Counted from the first letter of the stretch, positions 1 to 9,182 are shown. The stretch: 64,000 bases of DNA from Candidatus Mnemosynella biddleae (GCA_002011165.2 MTMI02000003.1:116088-180087), one strand, 5' to 3'. Notes: a model not told the origin generated them from the letters alone. Numbers and translations: made by a program.

Positions 1-266
1 GCTTCAGTTGTATTTCTCACGAAGATTATCTGCTCTGGAGAGGCATTGAAAAAAGATGCAACCCTATCTCGAACCTCCTCATATCTTTCAGTTGTCTCTC
101 TTGAGAGTTTATGAGCGCTCCTCCCATAGTTCGAAGAGAAATTGATGAAGAGATCCTCAATGGCTCTGATAGCTCTGAGAGGAGTTAAAGTTGTTGCAGC
201 ATTATCAAGATATATGAACCTCTCGAGCAGAGGAAACTCCCTTCTGATATCCTTAAGATTCACCAT
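1..266 (-). CDS. SufS/CsdA-type cysteine desulfurase, N-terminal part (runs off window)
   Basis: Own translation from ATG 266: MVNLKDIRREFPLLERFIYLDNAATTLTP...NYGRSAHKLS...EQIIFVRNTTEA, the class-V PLP IYLDNAAT and F.RNTTEA motifs; not in ORF track. Confidence 0.9.
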   Translation of the reverse strand, partial: MVNLKDIRREFPLLERFIYLDNAATTLTPLRAIRAIEDLFINFSSNYGRSAHKLSRETTERYEEVRDRVASFFNASPEQIIFVRNTTE

Positions 267-356
267 TCATGAATCGTATTTGAGAGGATACTTAAAAGCA
301 TTTTCACAAATCGAGAAAGGATAATTTTAAATTTCTTTTCGAAAGATTCTCTGAGT

Positions 357-506
357 ATGAGAGTTGAACTTAAAGTAGATGAAAATGAGGTTCCTCTGAA
401 TGATTTCGTTCAGAGGCTTCTTGGAAATCTCTTAGATGGCATTATCAGATCGCTTCATGGAGTTAGAGAAGAGTGGAGTAAAGTGGAGTTGAGGGTGGAA
501 AGATGA
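357..506 (+). CDS. 49-aa small protein resembling the C-terminal domain of archaeal MobB-like proteins
   Basis: MRVELKVDENEVPLNDFVQRLLGNLLDGIIRSLHGVREEWSKVELRVER*; ATGA overlap with next gene; below ORF-track cutoff. Confidence 0.7.
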   Translation: MRVELKVDENEVPLNDFVQRLLGNLLDGIIRSLHGVREEWSKVELRVER

Positions 507-1543
507 AGACTGCAAAACTGAAGAATTTTCTGCTAACTGAAGGTCTGAGGGTGGAAGTGGAAGTTGAGAGTAGAAAGGGAGGAGCGGGACCCACAGGGAG
601 CTATCTTATCTTTGGAGACTCTATTGTGAATTTTGCAATAAATCCGGAGAGTCCATTGAAGTTAGTGAGGAGAGAGGACGGTTATTTCATCATTGCAGAA
701 GAGGAAATTCCAGTGGAGCTTCCTCCCAAGCCAAAGTTTCATGAAGAGCTTTATGAAGGTATTCCGATGAAGATGATTGCAAGGAGACATGGAAAGGATG
801 TTCTAGCTTCAACTGTTCTCCAGAAGTGCATTCTAAAGGATCTCGGGAAAGGATGTAAATTCTGCGGAATAGAGCTCTCACTGAAAAGTGGGGACACTGT
901 AGAAATGAAACTGCCGGAAATGCTTGCCGAGGTTTCAAGAACTGCGAAGAAGTATGGAGATGCAACACATGTAACTCTGACGACAGGAAAGTTTGAGGAT
1001 GAGAGAGAGGAGATAATAACTATGAGCAAAGTATCAGAAGCCGTAAATGATGCTTCCGGTATGCCCGTGCATGTTCAGATAACGCCTCCACAGAACGTTG
1101 AGCTATTGGAAGAGCTGAAGTGTGATACTCTTGGAATTCACATCGAGAGTTTCGATGAGAGTGTTCTCAAAAAAGTTGCTCCAGGGAAATTTGAGATGAG
1201 AGAGAGATTTGAGATCGTTCTCAAAAAAGCTGTTGATATTTTCGGGGAATCTCAGGTCAGCACCTTTGTGATCCTCGGTCTTGGAGAGGATGAAATGAGA
1301 ACGGTGGAGGGTTGTAGAAGACTTCTTGAACTTGGAGTCATTCCATATCTTGTTCCCTTCAGGAAGATAAGGGGAACCGAAATGGAGAATTATTCTCAAC
1401 CATCTCCAGAATACACAGAGAGGGTTCTCATAAGAGTTGCAGAGATGATGAAGAATTTTGGGGTTGATCCAAGAAGAAATAAAGCAGGGTGTGTTAAATG
1501 CGGAGGATGCTCTGCAATAGGAGAATACCTGAGGGAGGTGTGA
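503..1543 (+). CDS. Radical SAM protein, MSMEG_0568/LipS1-like
   Basis: Expanded cluster motif CILKDLGKGCKFC, THVTLTTG, C-terminal AGCVKCGGCS Cys cluster. Confidence 0.8.
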   Translation: MKTAKLKNFLLTEGLRVEVEVESRKGGAGPTGSYLIFGDSIVNFAINPESPLKLVRREDGYFIIAEEEIPVELPPKPKFHEELYEGIPMKMIARRHGKDVLASTVLQKCILKDLGKGCKFCGIELSLKSGDTVEMKLPEMLAEVSRTAKKYGDATHVTLTTGKFEDEREEIITMSKVSEAVNDASGMPVHVQITPPQNVELLEELKCDTLGIHIESFDESVLKKVAPGKFEMRERFEIVLKKAVDIFGESQVSTFVILGLGEDEMRTVEGCRRLLELGVIPYLVPFRKIRGTEMENYSQPSPEYTERVLIRVAEMMKNFGVDPRRNKAGCVKCGGCSAIGEYLREV

Positions 1544-1546
1544 TGT

Positions 1547-2524
1547 TTGCTAACAAGAGATGAGATAATCGAAAAAATTGGAGAGAGACCTTGGGTATCT
1601 CCTTACAAAAGGCTTGTCGCAGTTGCAGATGAGAAAAATCACGTGATTCAGCTCTATGAAGATCACGCAAGAGGTACATGTTTTGGAGGTGCGGGATGGG
1701 AAACTTATCACTACTTCAGAACGAGTGAGCTTGTGATTGATGCGAGAAGAGACGGAGCAAGAAACGTCTTCACGATTAAAGTGGGGAAAGGTAAGCTTAA
1801 TCTCATTCCCTCTTTCGCAGGGGCAGGAATAGAAGAAGCGGAGATCACAGAAGATGAGATCAGGGTTACCTACGCAGGTTTAGCTGGAGGAGGGGTTGCA
1901 GTCGCTTTAGCTAGAGGTCTCGCACCTGGGCCGAAAGGAGTTATAATTCACTCCATGGGAGGAGGGAGACAACTCGGAAGAGCGACCCTCATCTTTCCCA
2001 AAATGCTGAAAATAACAGTAGGAGTGGATGACACGGATTCAGCAGGAGAGGGCGCCACGTGGGGTCTATGTAACGAAATAGGATATGAAATCTCAGAAAA
2101 GATGGGTGGAGTGGAGTATCTGCACCATACAATAGTTCAACTCTATCCAAAAGCTCCAAAAAAGACTACGAACTGCGTTTCAATAGCTCTAACTTTCGGA
2201 GTCCTTCCAGAAGTTGAAGAGAAGTTCATTGAGGAGATAAAGAGGATGTTCAAAGATAGAACTTCCTCAGATGAGACCGGAATGGCAATTTTCAGAGGAA
2301 TAATTATTCCTGAGGAGCTGAAGAAATATGCCGATGAAGTGCGAAGGAGATTCGTTGAGATCGAAGAAACTGAGAGGGTTGCCTCAAACTGTAATGTGGA
2401 GCTTCATGAGATAACAGGATCTGGAGGTCTCATTGGAGCTCTAGCAGCGATAGGGTATGCTGAGAGAACGGATGAAGCCGTAATTCCGGGAGTTCCTTTC
2501 GAGGAAGATGTGGGAAGAGATTAA
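1547..2524 (+). CDS. mmp11: Methanogenesis marker protein 11 (Mmp11; TiaS-like C-terminal domain)
   Basis: GTCFGGAGWE, YAGLAGGGVA, VGVDDTDSAGEGATW, HTIVQLYP, KTTNCVS, GLIGALAAIG. Confidence 0.75.
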   Translation: MLTRDEIIEKIGERPWVSPYKRLVAVADEKNHVIQLYEDHARGTCFGGAGWETYHYFRTSELVIDARRDGARNVFTIKVGKGKLNLIPSFAGAGIEEAEITEDEIRVTYAGLAGGGVAVALARGLAPGPKGVIIHSMGGGRQLGRATLIFPKMLKITVGVDDTDSAGEGATWGLCNEIGYEISEKMGGVEYLHHTIVQLYPKAPKKTTNCVSIALTFGVLPEVEEKFIEEIKRMFKDRTSSDETGMAIFRGIIIPEELKKYADEVRRRFVEIEETERVASNCNVELHEITGSGGLIGALAAIGYAERTDEAVIPGVPFEEDVGRD

Positions 2525-2846
2525 GAAAAAGAGAGAACTGAAGCCCGAGTTCGAAAAGTGGATAATTGAGAGATATGGTAAGAGAGGGGAGAGAGCTATT
2601 AAAGCGGTGAGAGAGGGAAGAGTTAAGAGATACAAGGATTATTTTGTTGTCGTCGGAAAGGAAGACGAGTACATTGTGGAGGATGATTTCTGCACGTGCA
2701 AGGATTTTCTATATCGAGGAGAGGAGTGCTGGCACAGCATCGCAGTTAAAATAGCAGAAGCAACCGGAGAATACGACTACTTCGATGTGTGGTATCAGGA
2801 TCTCAGAGAGATACTTCCCAGGAGGGGAAGAGGACGAAGAGAATAG
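2508..2846 (+). CDS. SWIM zinc-finger protein
   Basis: FCTCKDF...CWH (CxCxnCxH). Confidence 0.8.
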   Translation: MWEEIKKKRELKPEFEKWIIERYGKRGERAIKAVREGRVKRYKDYFVVVGKEDEYIVEDDFCTCKDFLYRGEECWHSIAVKIAEATGEYDYFDVWYQDLREILPRRGRGRRE

Positions 2847-3685
2847 GAATTGTGAAGAAGAGAAGAGATCACGAAGAGATCATCTTGGAAGAGGAGTTCA
2901 GAGAAGGGCTGGATGGAATAAAAGAAGGAGACTACCTCTGGATTCTCTATCAATTCCACAAATGCGAGTCATACGTTCTTAAAGAGCATCCGAAAGGTGA
3001 TAAAAAGAGAGAAAGAAGAGGTATTTTCTCGCTCAGAGGTCCAAGAAGACCCAATTTTATAGGTATGAGTCTCGTGAGGGTTCTCAATGTTGATTTAGAA
3101 GGAGGTGTTCTAAGAGTGAAGGGATTAGATGCTCTTGACGAATCTCCAGTTATAGATTTGAAACCATACTCTCCGCTTTACGATTCGATTTCCCATCTAA
3201 TCTCTGGAGATGAACTTAGAGAGCTTATTGAAAGAGGAATTGTAAGCAATCTGATAGACGAGAGGCAGATCCAACCAAATGGAATTGAGCTCACCTTAGA
3301 GTCAATTTACGAGCTCGAATCAAGTGGAGTGATAGATTACGATAACTCCTCAAGAAGGATTCCAGAAGGAAGAAGAATCGAGTTTGAGGATGAGGTTCAC
3401 CTCCCTTCTGGATGCTACAGAATCAGATTCAATGAAATAGTGAGTATTCCAAAGAACATTGTCGCTATTGCAAGACCGAGATCTTCACTCCTGAGATCGG
3501 GTGCAACAGTTGAAACAGCGGTGTGGGACTCGGGATACCGAGGAAGGAGTGAAGCTCTTCTCATTATCTTTAATCCTCATGGATTGACGCTCAAGAAAAA
3601 CGCAAGGCTTATTCAGCTTCTCTTCTTCCACCTTGGAAAGGAGGTCAACGGATATTCTGGAAAATACCAGAATGAGAATCTCTGA
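2834..3685 (+). CDS. Fusion of TrmO/TsaA-like SAM-binding domain and archaeal dUTPase (dCTP deaminase family); start uncertain (ACG 2834 or GTG 2852)
   Basis: N-half GIFSLRGPRRPNFIG and GLDALDESPVIDLKPY; C-half QIQPNGIELT, PRSSLLRSG, WDSGYRGRS, YSGKYQ; single uninterrupted frame. Confidence 0.85.
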   Translation, partial: TKRIGIVKKRRDHEEIILEEEFREGLDGIKEGDYLWILYQFHKCESYVLKEHPKGDKKRERRGIFSLRGPRRPNFIGMSLVRVLNVDLEGGVLRVKGLDALDESPVIDLKPYSPLYDSISHLISGDELRELIERGIVSNLIDERQIQPNGIELTLESIYELESSGVIDYDNSSRRIPEGRRIEFEDEVHLPSGCYRIRFNEIVSIPKNIVAIARPRSSLLRSGATVETAVWDSGYRGRSEALLIIFNPHGLTLKKNARLIQLLFFHLGKEVNGYSGKYQNENL

Positions 3686-4979
3686 TTTTCTTAACAATTT
3701 CTCTTTTCTTCCTTAGAGCTTTTTCAAACGCTCCATCCACCTTTTTCTTCATCTCTTCCTCATTTCTCTGAGCGTGAATTCCTACAAGCTTCTTGATCGG
3801 AGTATAAGGAGACTCTCGGAAGAATGGTTCGATCTTTCTCACTCCTCTCTCTGAGATCATCTCAACTCCTTCTCCTTCTGAGACTTTTCCTACAATTTCA
3901 CATCTCACATTAGATTTCCGAATTGCCATCATAATCTCATCTGCGTCTTCTTCAGAAGCTGTGAGAAGAAGCATATCAAGAGAGACCCCGAGATAGTCTA
4001 TTTCAAGAGCTTTGAGCATTTCAAAAACATCTTCATCCACAAGCTCTATGATCTTCTCTTCCTCGAAACTCAACTTCACTGAATTGGAGTTTGAGATCTC
4101 CCAAGCATCTCCCCTTATCCCTCCATTCGTTATGTCTGTCATCGCATGAACCTTTTCAATCGTTCCGCTTCTAAAAAGAGACTCACATGCCAAGAGAAAC
4201 TTCACATTTAGTGTTTTCTCCACAACTTCAAAGAAACCGTTGTAGATTGCAGTGGTTGCAATTGTTCCTCCTCCTGCACCTTCACTGAGAATTATCACAT
4301 CACCTTCCCTTACCCCTCTCCTTGGAGTGAGCTTTCTGACTATACCAACTGCACCCACACATCCGCTCATTCTTTCCCCTATTACCATATCTCCTCCGAT
4401 TCTCAGAGTGCTCCCAGCAACGACAGGAACTCCTACGAGCTCCGAGACAGCAGAGATTCCAGCAATATGATCAAAGAGCTTTCCCACGTCTCCGTCATCG
4501 GCTATGTGAATATCAGAGAAGAGAGCGACTGGTTGAGCTCCCATGACGTAAACATCTCTTAAAGTTGCTCTCGTGGCATGAAATCCTGCTAAGAAGGGGA
4601 AATCGCTCAATCTGCTATGAATCCCATCTACTGAAATTGCGAGAGTTACTCCATCACACTTCACTACTCCAGAGTCATCGAGCTCTGATGGTGAAATCTC
4701 AGACTTTACCTCAAGCATTTCTGCAATTTTTCTGTGCACATAGAAATCCCCTCTTCCTCTCGAACCGACTCCAAAGTCACCCATGGAAACTCCTGATCTT
4801 GGATAATCGAAGATTGACCCTCTTGCAGAAGATGAGATTTTTACCTCATGCAAGATTGCTATAGCAAATTCTCTCGCTTTCTCCTCATCAATATCCTTTA
4901 TCTCTAGAATCCTCTCCTTAAGAATCTCAACTGCGTTCTCTTTCTCCAAGATTCTTCTGGCATAACCTTCAAGATCCAT
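3645..4979 (-). CDS. AIR synthase (PurM/HypE/ThiL superfamily)-related protein
   Basis: MDLEGYARR start; GVGSRGRGDF, DDSGV, VDGIHSRLS, AMTDITNGG. Confidence 0.85.
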   Translation of the reverse strand: MDLEGYARRILEKENAVEILKERILEIKDIDEEKAREFAIAILHEVKISSSARGSIFDYPRSGVSMGDFGVGSRGRGDFYVHRKIAEMLEVKSEISPSELDDSGVVKCDGVTLAISVDGIHSRLSDFPFLAGFHATRATLRDVYVMGAQPVALFSDIHIADDGDVGKLFDHIAGISAVSELVGVPVVAGSTLRIGGDMVIGERMSGCVGAVGIVRKLTPRRGVREGDVIILSEGAGGGTIATTAIYNGFFEVVEKTLNVKFLLACESLFRSGTIEKVHAMTDITNGGIRGDAWEISNSNSVKLSFEEEKIIELVDEDVFEMLKALEIDYLGVSLDMLLLTASEEDADEIMMAIRKSNVRCEIVGKVSEGEGVEMISERGVRKIEPFFRESPYTPIKKLVGIHAQRNEEEMKKKVDGAFEKALRKKREIVKKIRDSHSGIFQNIR

Positions 4980-5586
4980 CCCTGCACATCTCCGCAAAGT
5001 TCTTTATGACTCTCAAACCGCTTTTTCCGCTCTTCTCAGGATGAAACTGAGTGCCCATGACATTTTCCTTTGAGACGGCAGCGTCAAAGGTTGTTCCATA
5101 AGAACAGGTGGCTATCGAGAACTCCTCGTTTGTCTTCAGATAATAGGAGTGCACAAAATAGAAATAGTCCTCTCTTTTCAATCCTTTGAATAAAGGATGA
5201 TCCTTCAGTTTCACAAGATTCCATCCCATGTGCGGAGTTTTCACATTCTGAAACCTTATGACTCCTCCGGGAATGACTCCAAGCCCTTCATGATGGCCTC
5301 CTTCCTCGCTCCATTCCGCAAGCATCTGCATTCCCAAGCATATTCCGAGAAGAGGTTTCCCAGACTCTATGAACTCGTATAGAGCTTTTCTAAACGGCTT
5401 GTTCTTTTCCATTCCCTCGCTGAATGCTCCAACTCCCGGTAAAATTAGACCATCTGCCTTCTCAATCTCTTCAGGTTCTCTCGAAATTCTCACATCTGCT
5501 CCAGCATATTCAAGAGCTTTCCTCACACTTTTGAGGTTTCCGAGTCCGTAATCAACAACAACGATGAGCACATCAAGAAGTTTCAT
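4969..5586 (-). CDS. hisH: Imidazole glycerol phosphate synthase glutaminase subunit
   Basis: DYGLGNLKSV, LPGVGAF, GICLGMQ, PHMGWN, YFVHSY, QFHPEKSG. Confidence 0.95.
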   Translation of the reverse strand: MKLLDVLIVVVDYGLGNLKSVRKALEYAGADVRISREPEEIEKADGLILPGVGAFSEGMEKNKPFRKALYEFIESGKPLLGICLGMQMLAEWSEEGGHHEGLGVIPGGVIRFQNVKTPHMGWNLVKLKDHPLFKGLKREDYFYFVHSYYLKTNEEFSIATCSYGTTFDAAVSKENVMGTQFHPEKSGKSGLRVIKNFAEMCRDGS

Positions 5587-7338
5587 TCAGGAGGAATAAA
5601 AAACTAGCGGACATGCTTCAATGCACTTACCGCAATGAGTGCAGTCTGAGGAGATCTTCAGTTCCCGATCAACTGAAATAGCATTCCGAGGACAATGAGA
5701 AATGCAAAGAGAACATCTCAAACATTCCTCCGCTCTTCTGAGAGATGAGGTGATGAGATCAACGAGTTCAGAAGAGTTCTCCCCATAAGAAACTATTCTT
5801 CCAGAAGGAAAGATGAGAGCTCGAGAATTTCCTCTTCTCACCAATATGTGATCGGAGAACTTCGAGACCTCACCAACCGGGCGAAGGAGCTCAGATGCTC
5901 TTTCTAGCTCTATAGACTCAACCTTTTTCTCAGCGACTGCATCAATACAACTCCTTTTTCTCCTCTTTTTTCCTCCCTCAAATCTCCAGAGACCATCAGA
6001 TATCCATCTTTCTGGCTTTCCTGTTCTCTTTGCGTAATTCTTCAACCATGAGAACCACTTCTCATGAAGCTCAGGATGAGTTATCCTTAAAATCTCGAAA
6101 TCCGCAAGATCTGAAGCTGGACACATCCAGCATCCTATCCTTTCGTAACCCATTTCGTAAAGAGGGTTGTAGTCCGCTTTCTTCCAGAAAAGGTATAACC
6201 AGATTTCAAGAGCGTTCCAGCTCTGAACCGGAGACGCTGAGATCTGATTTCCCATCCAGAAGTTTTTCCAGACGTTTCCGCTCAGATATCTGATCTTCGA
6301 TTCGTATTTCCTCTGACCAATGAAGCTAAGAGACGAGGAGAAGTTCTCTCTTATTAGTTTCGAGAGAGGTGCAAGCTTGCAGATCTTACAACACCATCTT
6401 CTGTTCACAGACGGAGGACCGAAAATTTCGAGAGCTTTCCAGAAGAGGTCTGAAGAGCTCATAAGGAGAGGTTTTCCAAAGAGTTCAGAGACTCTGAGAA
6501 CATGTTCGAGAGTTTCGGGAAACTCCAAACCGGTGTCAACAAAGAGGATGCTGTAATCCTCTATGACCTGATCCACGAGAAGGAGAGTTGCCAGACTGTC
6601 CTTCCCTCCTGAATATGAGACTGTTACTGGAAGAGAGAACTTCTTCGAGACCTTTTCAATGAATTCAAGAGCGCTCTTTTCAAGCCTTTCCAGCCTACTT
6701 GCATTTGCTTCAATAACTTCCTTCCACGCAGAATCCTTTTTAGGTCTCTTCTTATTGAAAATACCCTTATGCCTCGTTTTTACAAAGATTCCTCCATTGA
6801 GCTCGTTCTCATCTTTCAGCGCCCTTCCAGTTGCGATGACTCTATCTCTGCACTTCACGATGACCTCGTCTCCTCCCCTCACTTCACTCGCAGAGATTAC
6901 TCCTCTGCTCATAACGTTGGCTCCTCTGAGGATTGGATCAAAAGCTCCCTCATCAACCTCCACAATTCCTTTTGAGGCATTCATCCATGAAGCTCCAGAA
7001 ATTCTCGGAAGGAACTCGTAACCATGATTGAACCTCAGATTTCCAACAACCTCACCGTCAACTATCACCTCATCCATTCTATCCTCGTAAGAGACTCTGT
7101 TCAAGAGAACTATTTTCTTTGAGATTAGCTCCTCGTCTCCGAAGTTCTTTTTGACGGTTTCCCTCAGAATTCTCACATCCTCTGAAAATGCAACTCTCAC
7201 ATCTCCCGGAGGAGAGATGTTCACCTTATTTCCCTTATTTCCACAGAGATCACATCTTGAGGAGATGAGAGGAAGATTGCACTCCTGGCACCACCATAGT
7301 TTAAGAACTCCAAGATACATCCCTCTTATCCTCTTCAT
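5587..7338 (-). CDS. PAPS-reductase/PP-loop family protein with N-terminal Zn ribbon, PUA domain and C-terminal 2x[4Fe-4S] domain
   Basis: CQEC/CDLC, PUA GANVMSRG, SYSGGKDS, RWCCKICK, ERIGCWMCP, CLRCSLCISHCP and CTHCGKCIEACP. Confidence 0.85.
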   Translation of the reverse strand: MKRIRGMYLGVLKLWWCQECNLPLISSRCDLCGNKGNKVNISPPGDVRVAFSEDVRILRETVKKNFGDEELISKKIVLLNRVSYEDRMDEVIVDGEVVGNLRFNHGYEFLPRISGASWMNASKGIVEVDEGAFDPILRGANVMSRGVISASEVRGGDEVIVKCRDRVIATGRALKDENELNGGIFVKTRHKGIFNKKRPKKDSAWKEVIEANASRLERLEKSALEFIEKVSKKFSLPVTVSYSGGKDSLATLLLVDQVIEDYSILFVDTGLEFPETLEHVLRVSELFGKPLLMSSSDLFWKALEIFGPPSVNRRWCCKICKLAPLSKLIRENFSSSLSFIGQRKYESKIRYLSGNVWKNFWMGNQISASPVQSWNALEIWLYLFWKKADYNPLYEMGYERIGCWMCPASDLADFEILRITHPELHEKWFSWLKNYAKRTGKPERWISDGLWRFEGGKKRRKRSCIDAVAEKKVESIELERASELLRPVGEVSKFSDHILVRRGNSRALIFPSGRIVSYGENSSELVDLITSSLRRAEECLRCSLCISHCPRNAISVDRELKISSDCTHCGKCIEACPLVFYSS

Positions 7339-7416
7339 CAGAAGGTTTTAAAAGTAGCGATGGAGAGAGGAAACATTATTAATTTTCATGTCCAAAATAC
7401 GAGGAGAGGAGATAAA

Positions 7417-8334
7417 ATGAAGTTCATTACGACTGTTGTAGGAAGCTATCCGACGCACAAGCTGAAGAATGAGGAGGATGTGGATCCATTTAGAAAAGCG
7501 ATTGAAGAAGCGGTAAGAGATCAAATAGAGGCAGGAGTTCAACTTATTTCAGATGGACAAGTCAGAGGAGATATGATAACGCTCTTCGCCCGAAAAATTC
7601 CGGGTTATAAGATTGAGAGGAGACCAGTGGTTGTTGATAGAATTTACCCTCCAAAAGAGGGGATTACAGTTGAGGATTATCTTCTCACGAAAGAACTTGC
7701 TGGTGATAAAGCTGACGTTAAAGGAATCATCACCGGTCCCTTCACGATGGCTCTCGGAAGTGGAGTATCAAGAGAGTCACCTTATAGGAACATCATGGAT
7801 CCAGAGCTGATTTTTGATTTAGCCAGAGTTCAGGCTGAAGAGGCCAAAGCTTTAACCAGAGCTGGAGCCGAGGTCATACAGATAGATGAGCCGGCGTTCT
7901 CCTTAGGGGTTGATCTTGAGCTTGGAAGAGAGGCTGTTGAGATGATTGCAGAGAACATAAAGGTTCCAACCCTTCATGTGTGTGGTGATGTTGCCCATAT
8001 TTTCGAGAAGCTCCTCGAGATAGATGTCTCCATTTTAGATCATGAGTTCACAAACACGAGGAATTTGGATGTGATTGAGAGGGAGATGATTGAGCCTTAT
8101 GATATAAGGATCGGATACGGATGTGTAAACACTAAATTGAATGAGGTGGAGAGTGTTGAAGTGATTGAAAAGAGAATAGTTGAAGCGGTGAAGAAACTCG
8201 GAGCTGAGAATATCTGGATTGATCCTGATTGCGGATTGAGACTTCTCTCTAGAGAAGTTGCAAAGAAAAAACTTGAGAATATGGTAATAGCTTCAAAGAA
8301 TGTTGCTAAAATGATTGAGGAGGGTGAACTGTGA
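7417..8334 (+). CDS. Core (folate-independent, MesA-like) methionine synthase
   Basis: TTVVGSYP, SDGQVRGDM, IQIDEP, Zn ligands HVC...E...PDCGL; about 305 aa, lacks N-terminal folate-binding half of MetE. Confidence 0.85.
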   Translation: MKFITTVVGSYPTHKLKNEEDVDPFRKAIEEAVRDQIEAGVQLISDGQVRGDMITLFARKIPGYKIERRPVVVDRIYPPKEGITVEDYLLTKELAGDKADVKGIITGPFTMALGSGVSRESPYRNIMDPELIFDLARVQAEEAKALTRAGAEVIQIDEPAFSLGVDLELGREAVEMIAENIKVPTLHVCGDVAHIFEKLLEIDVSILDHEFTNTRNLDVIEREMIEPYDIRIGYGCVNTKLNEVESVEVIEKRIVEAVKKLGAENIWIDPDCGLRLLSREVAKKKLENMVIASKNVAKMIEEGEL

Positions 8335-9131
8335 GAGCTGAAATTGTGTTGAGCGGTGAGGAAGCCAAGAGAATCATAGCCAAAGGAATTGTCGCTTTAG
8401 AAGAGGTTAAAAGAGCTAAAGAGGATGGAATTGTCTTCGTTTCCAGAGGATCCACTAATGCATACATTCTCGAGGAACTGCTTGGAGAGGAGATCGAAAA
8501 GGAGAAATACGCCGTTGGGATGATTCTGAGAGACAGACTCTGTCTCAACAGAGAGATGATTGGAGAAGTGGCAATCATAAAAGGAGAGGTCATAAAGATG
8601 AGTGCCGACGAAGTCATCGAGAAGATGGACTCCGACGATGTCTTCATAAAAGGAGCAAGCGTCATAGACAGAAACTTCATTCCCGGAGTTCTTTTGGCTA
8701 ATGAACGAGGGGGAGTGGTTGGAAAAACGCTTGGTTCGATTTACGCAAGAGGAGTTAACCTCATCATACCGGCTTCAGTCATGAAGTTTCTTCCAGTGGA
8801 GCTTAGAGATCTCGTGAGAGATTCTGGGATCACAAGAGTGGAGTACTCAACGGGAATTCCTGTTGGAATTTCCCCACTCTATGGAAGACTATTCACCGAA
8901 ATTGATGCCTTTGAAGTTCTATTTGGAGTCAGAACTTTTCCACTCGGATTTTCCGATCTCGATGGAGCCTGTATTGCTTTTCTTCTTGAAGGAGAGGATG
9001 GGGACGTGAGAAGAGCAATAGATCTAATTAGAGAGATCAAAGGTGAAAAAAAGATGGAGTGGAGATCGAAAGAGTGCAAGAGCTGTAATGAGAAGACCTG
9101 CTTCTGGACTGGTGGAGAGAGACCTTATTGA
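8331..9131 (+). CDS. Conserved hypothetical protein with C-terminal CxxCx4C
   Basis: Long ORF with host codon style, GTGA overlap with methionine synthase, GSTNAY and DVFIKGA motifs. Confidence 0.7.
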   Translation: MRAEIVLSGEEAKRIIAKGIVALEEVKRAKEDGIVFVSRGSTNAYILEELLGEEIEKEKYAVGMILRDRLCLNREMIGEVAIIKGEVIKMSADEVIEKMDSDDVFIKGASVIDRNFIPGVLLANERGGVVGKTLGSIYARGVNLIIPASVMKFLPVELRDLVRDSGITRVEYSTGIPVGISPLYGRLFTEIDAFEVLFGVRTFPLGFSDLDGACIAFLLEGEDGDVRRAIDLIREIKGEKKMEWRSKECKSCNEKTCFWTGGERPY

Positions 9132-9142
9132 GCTAGTTTCGG

Positions 9143-9182
9143 CCTGTGCAGAGGTTTTCTGTCCAGGTCATTTTTCCTTTTT
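9143..9182 (+). terminator. Hairpin plus T-tract between convergent genes
   Basis: CCTG-t-GCAGAG..TTCTGT-c-CAGG followed by tcatttttcctttttt. Confidence 0.4.
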
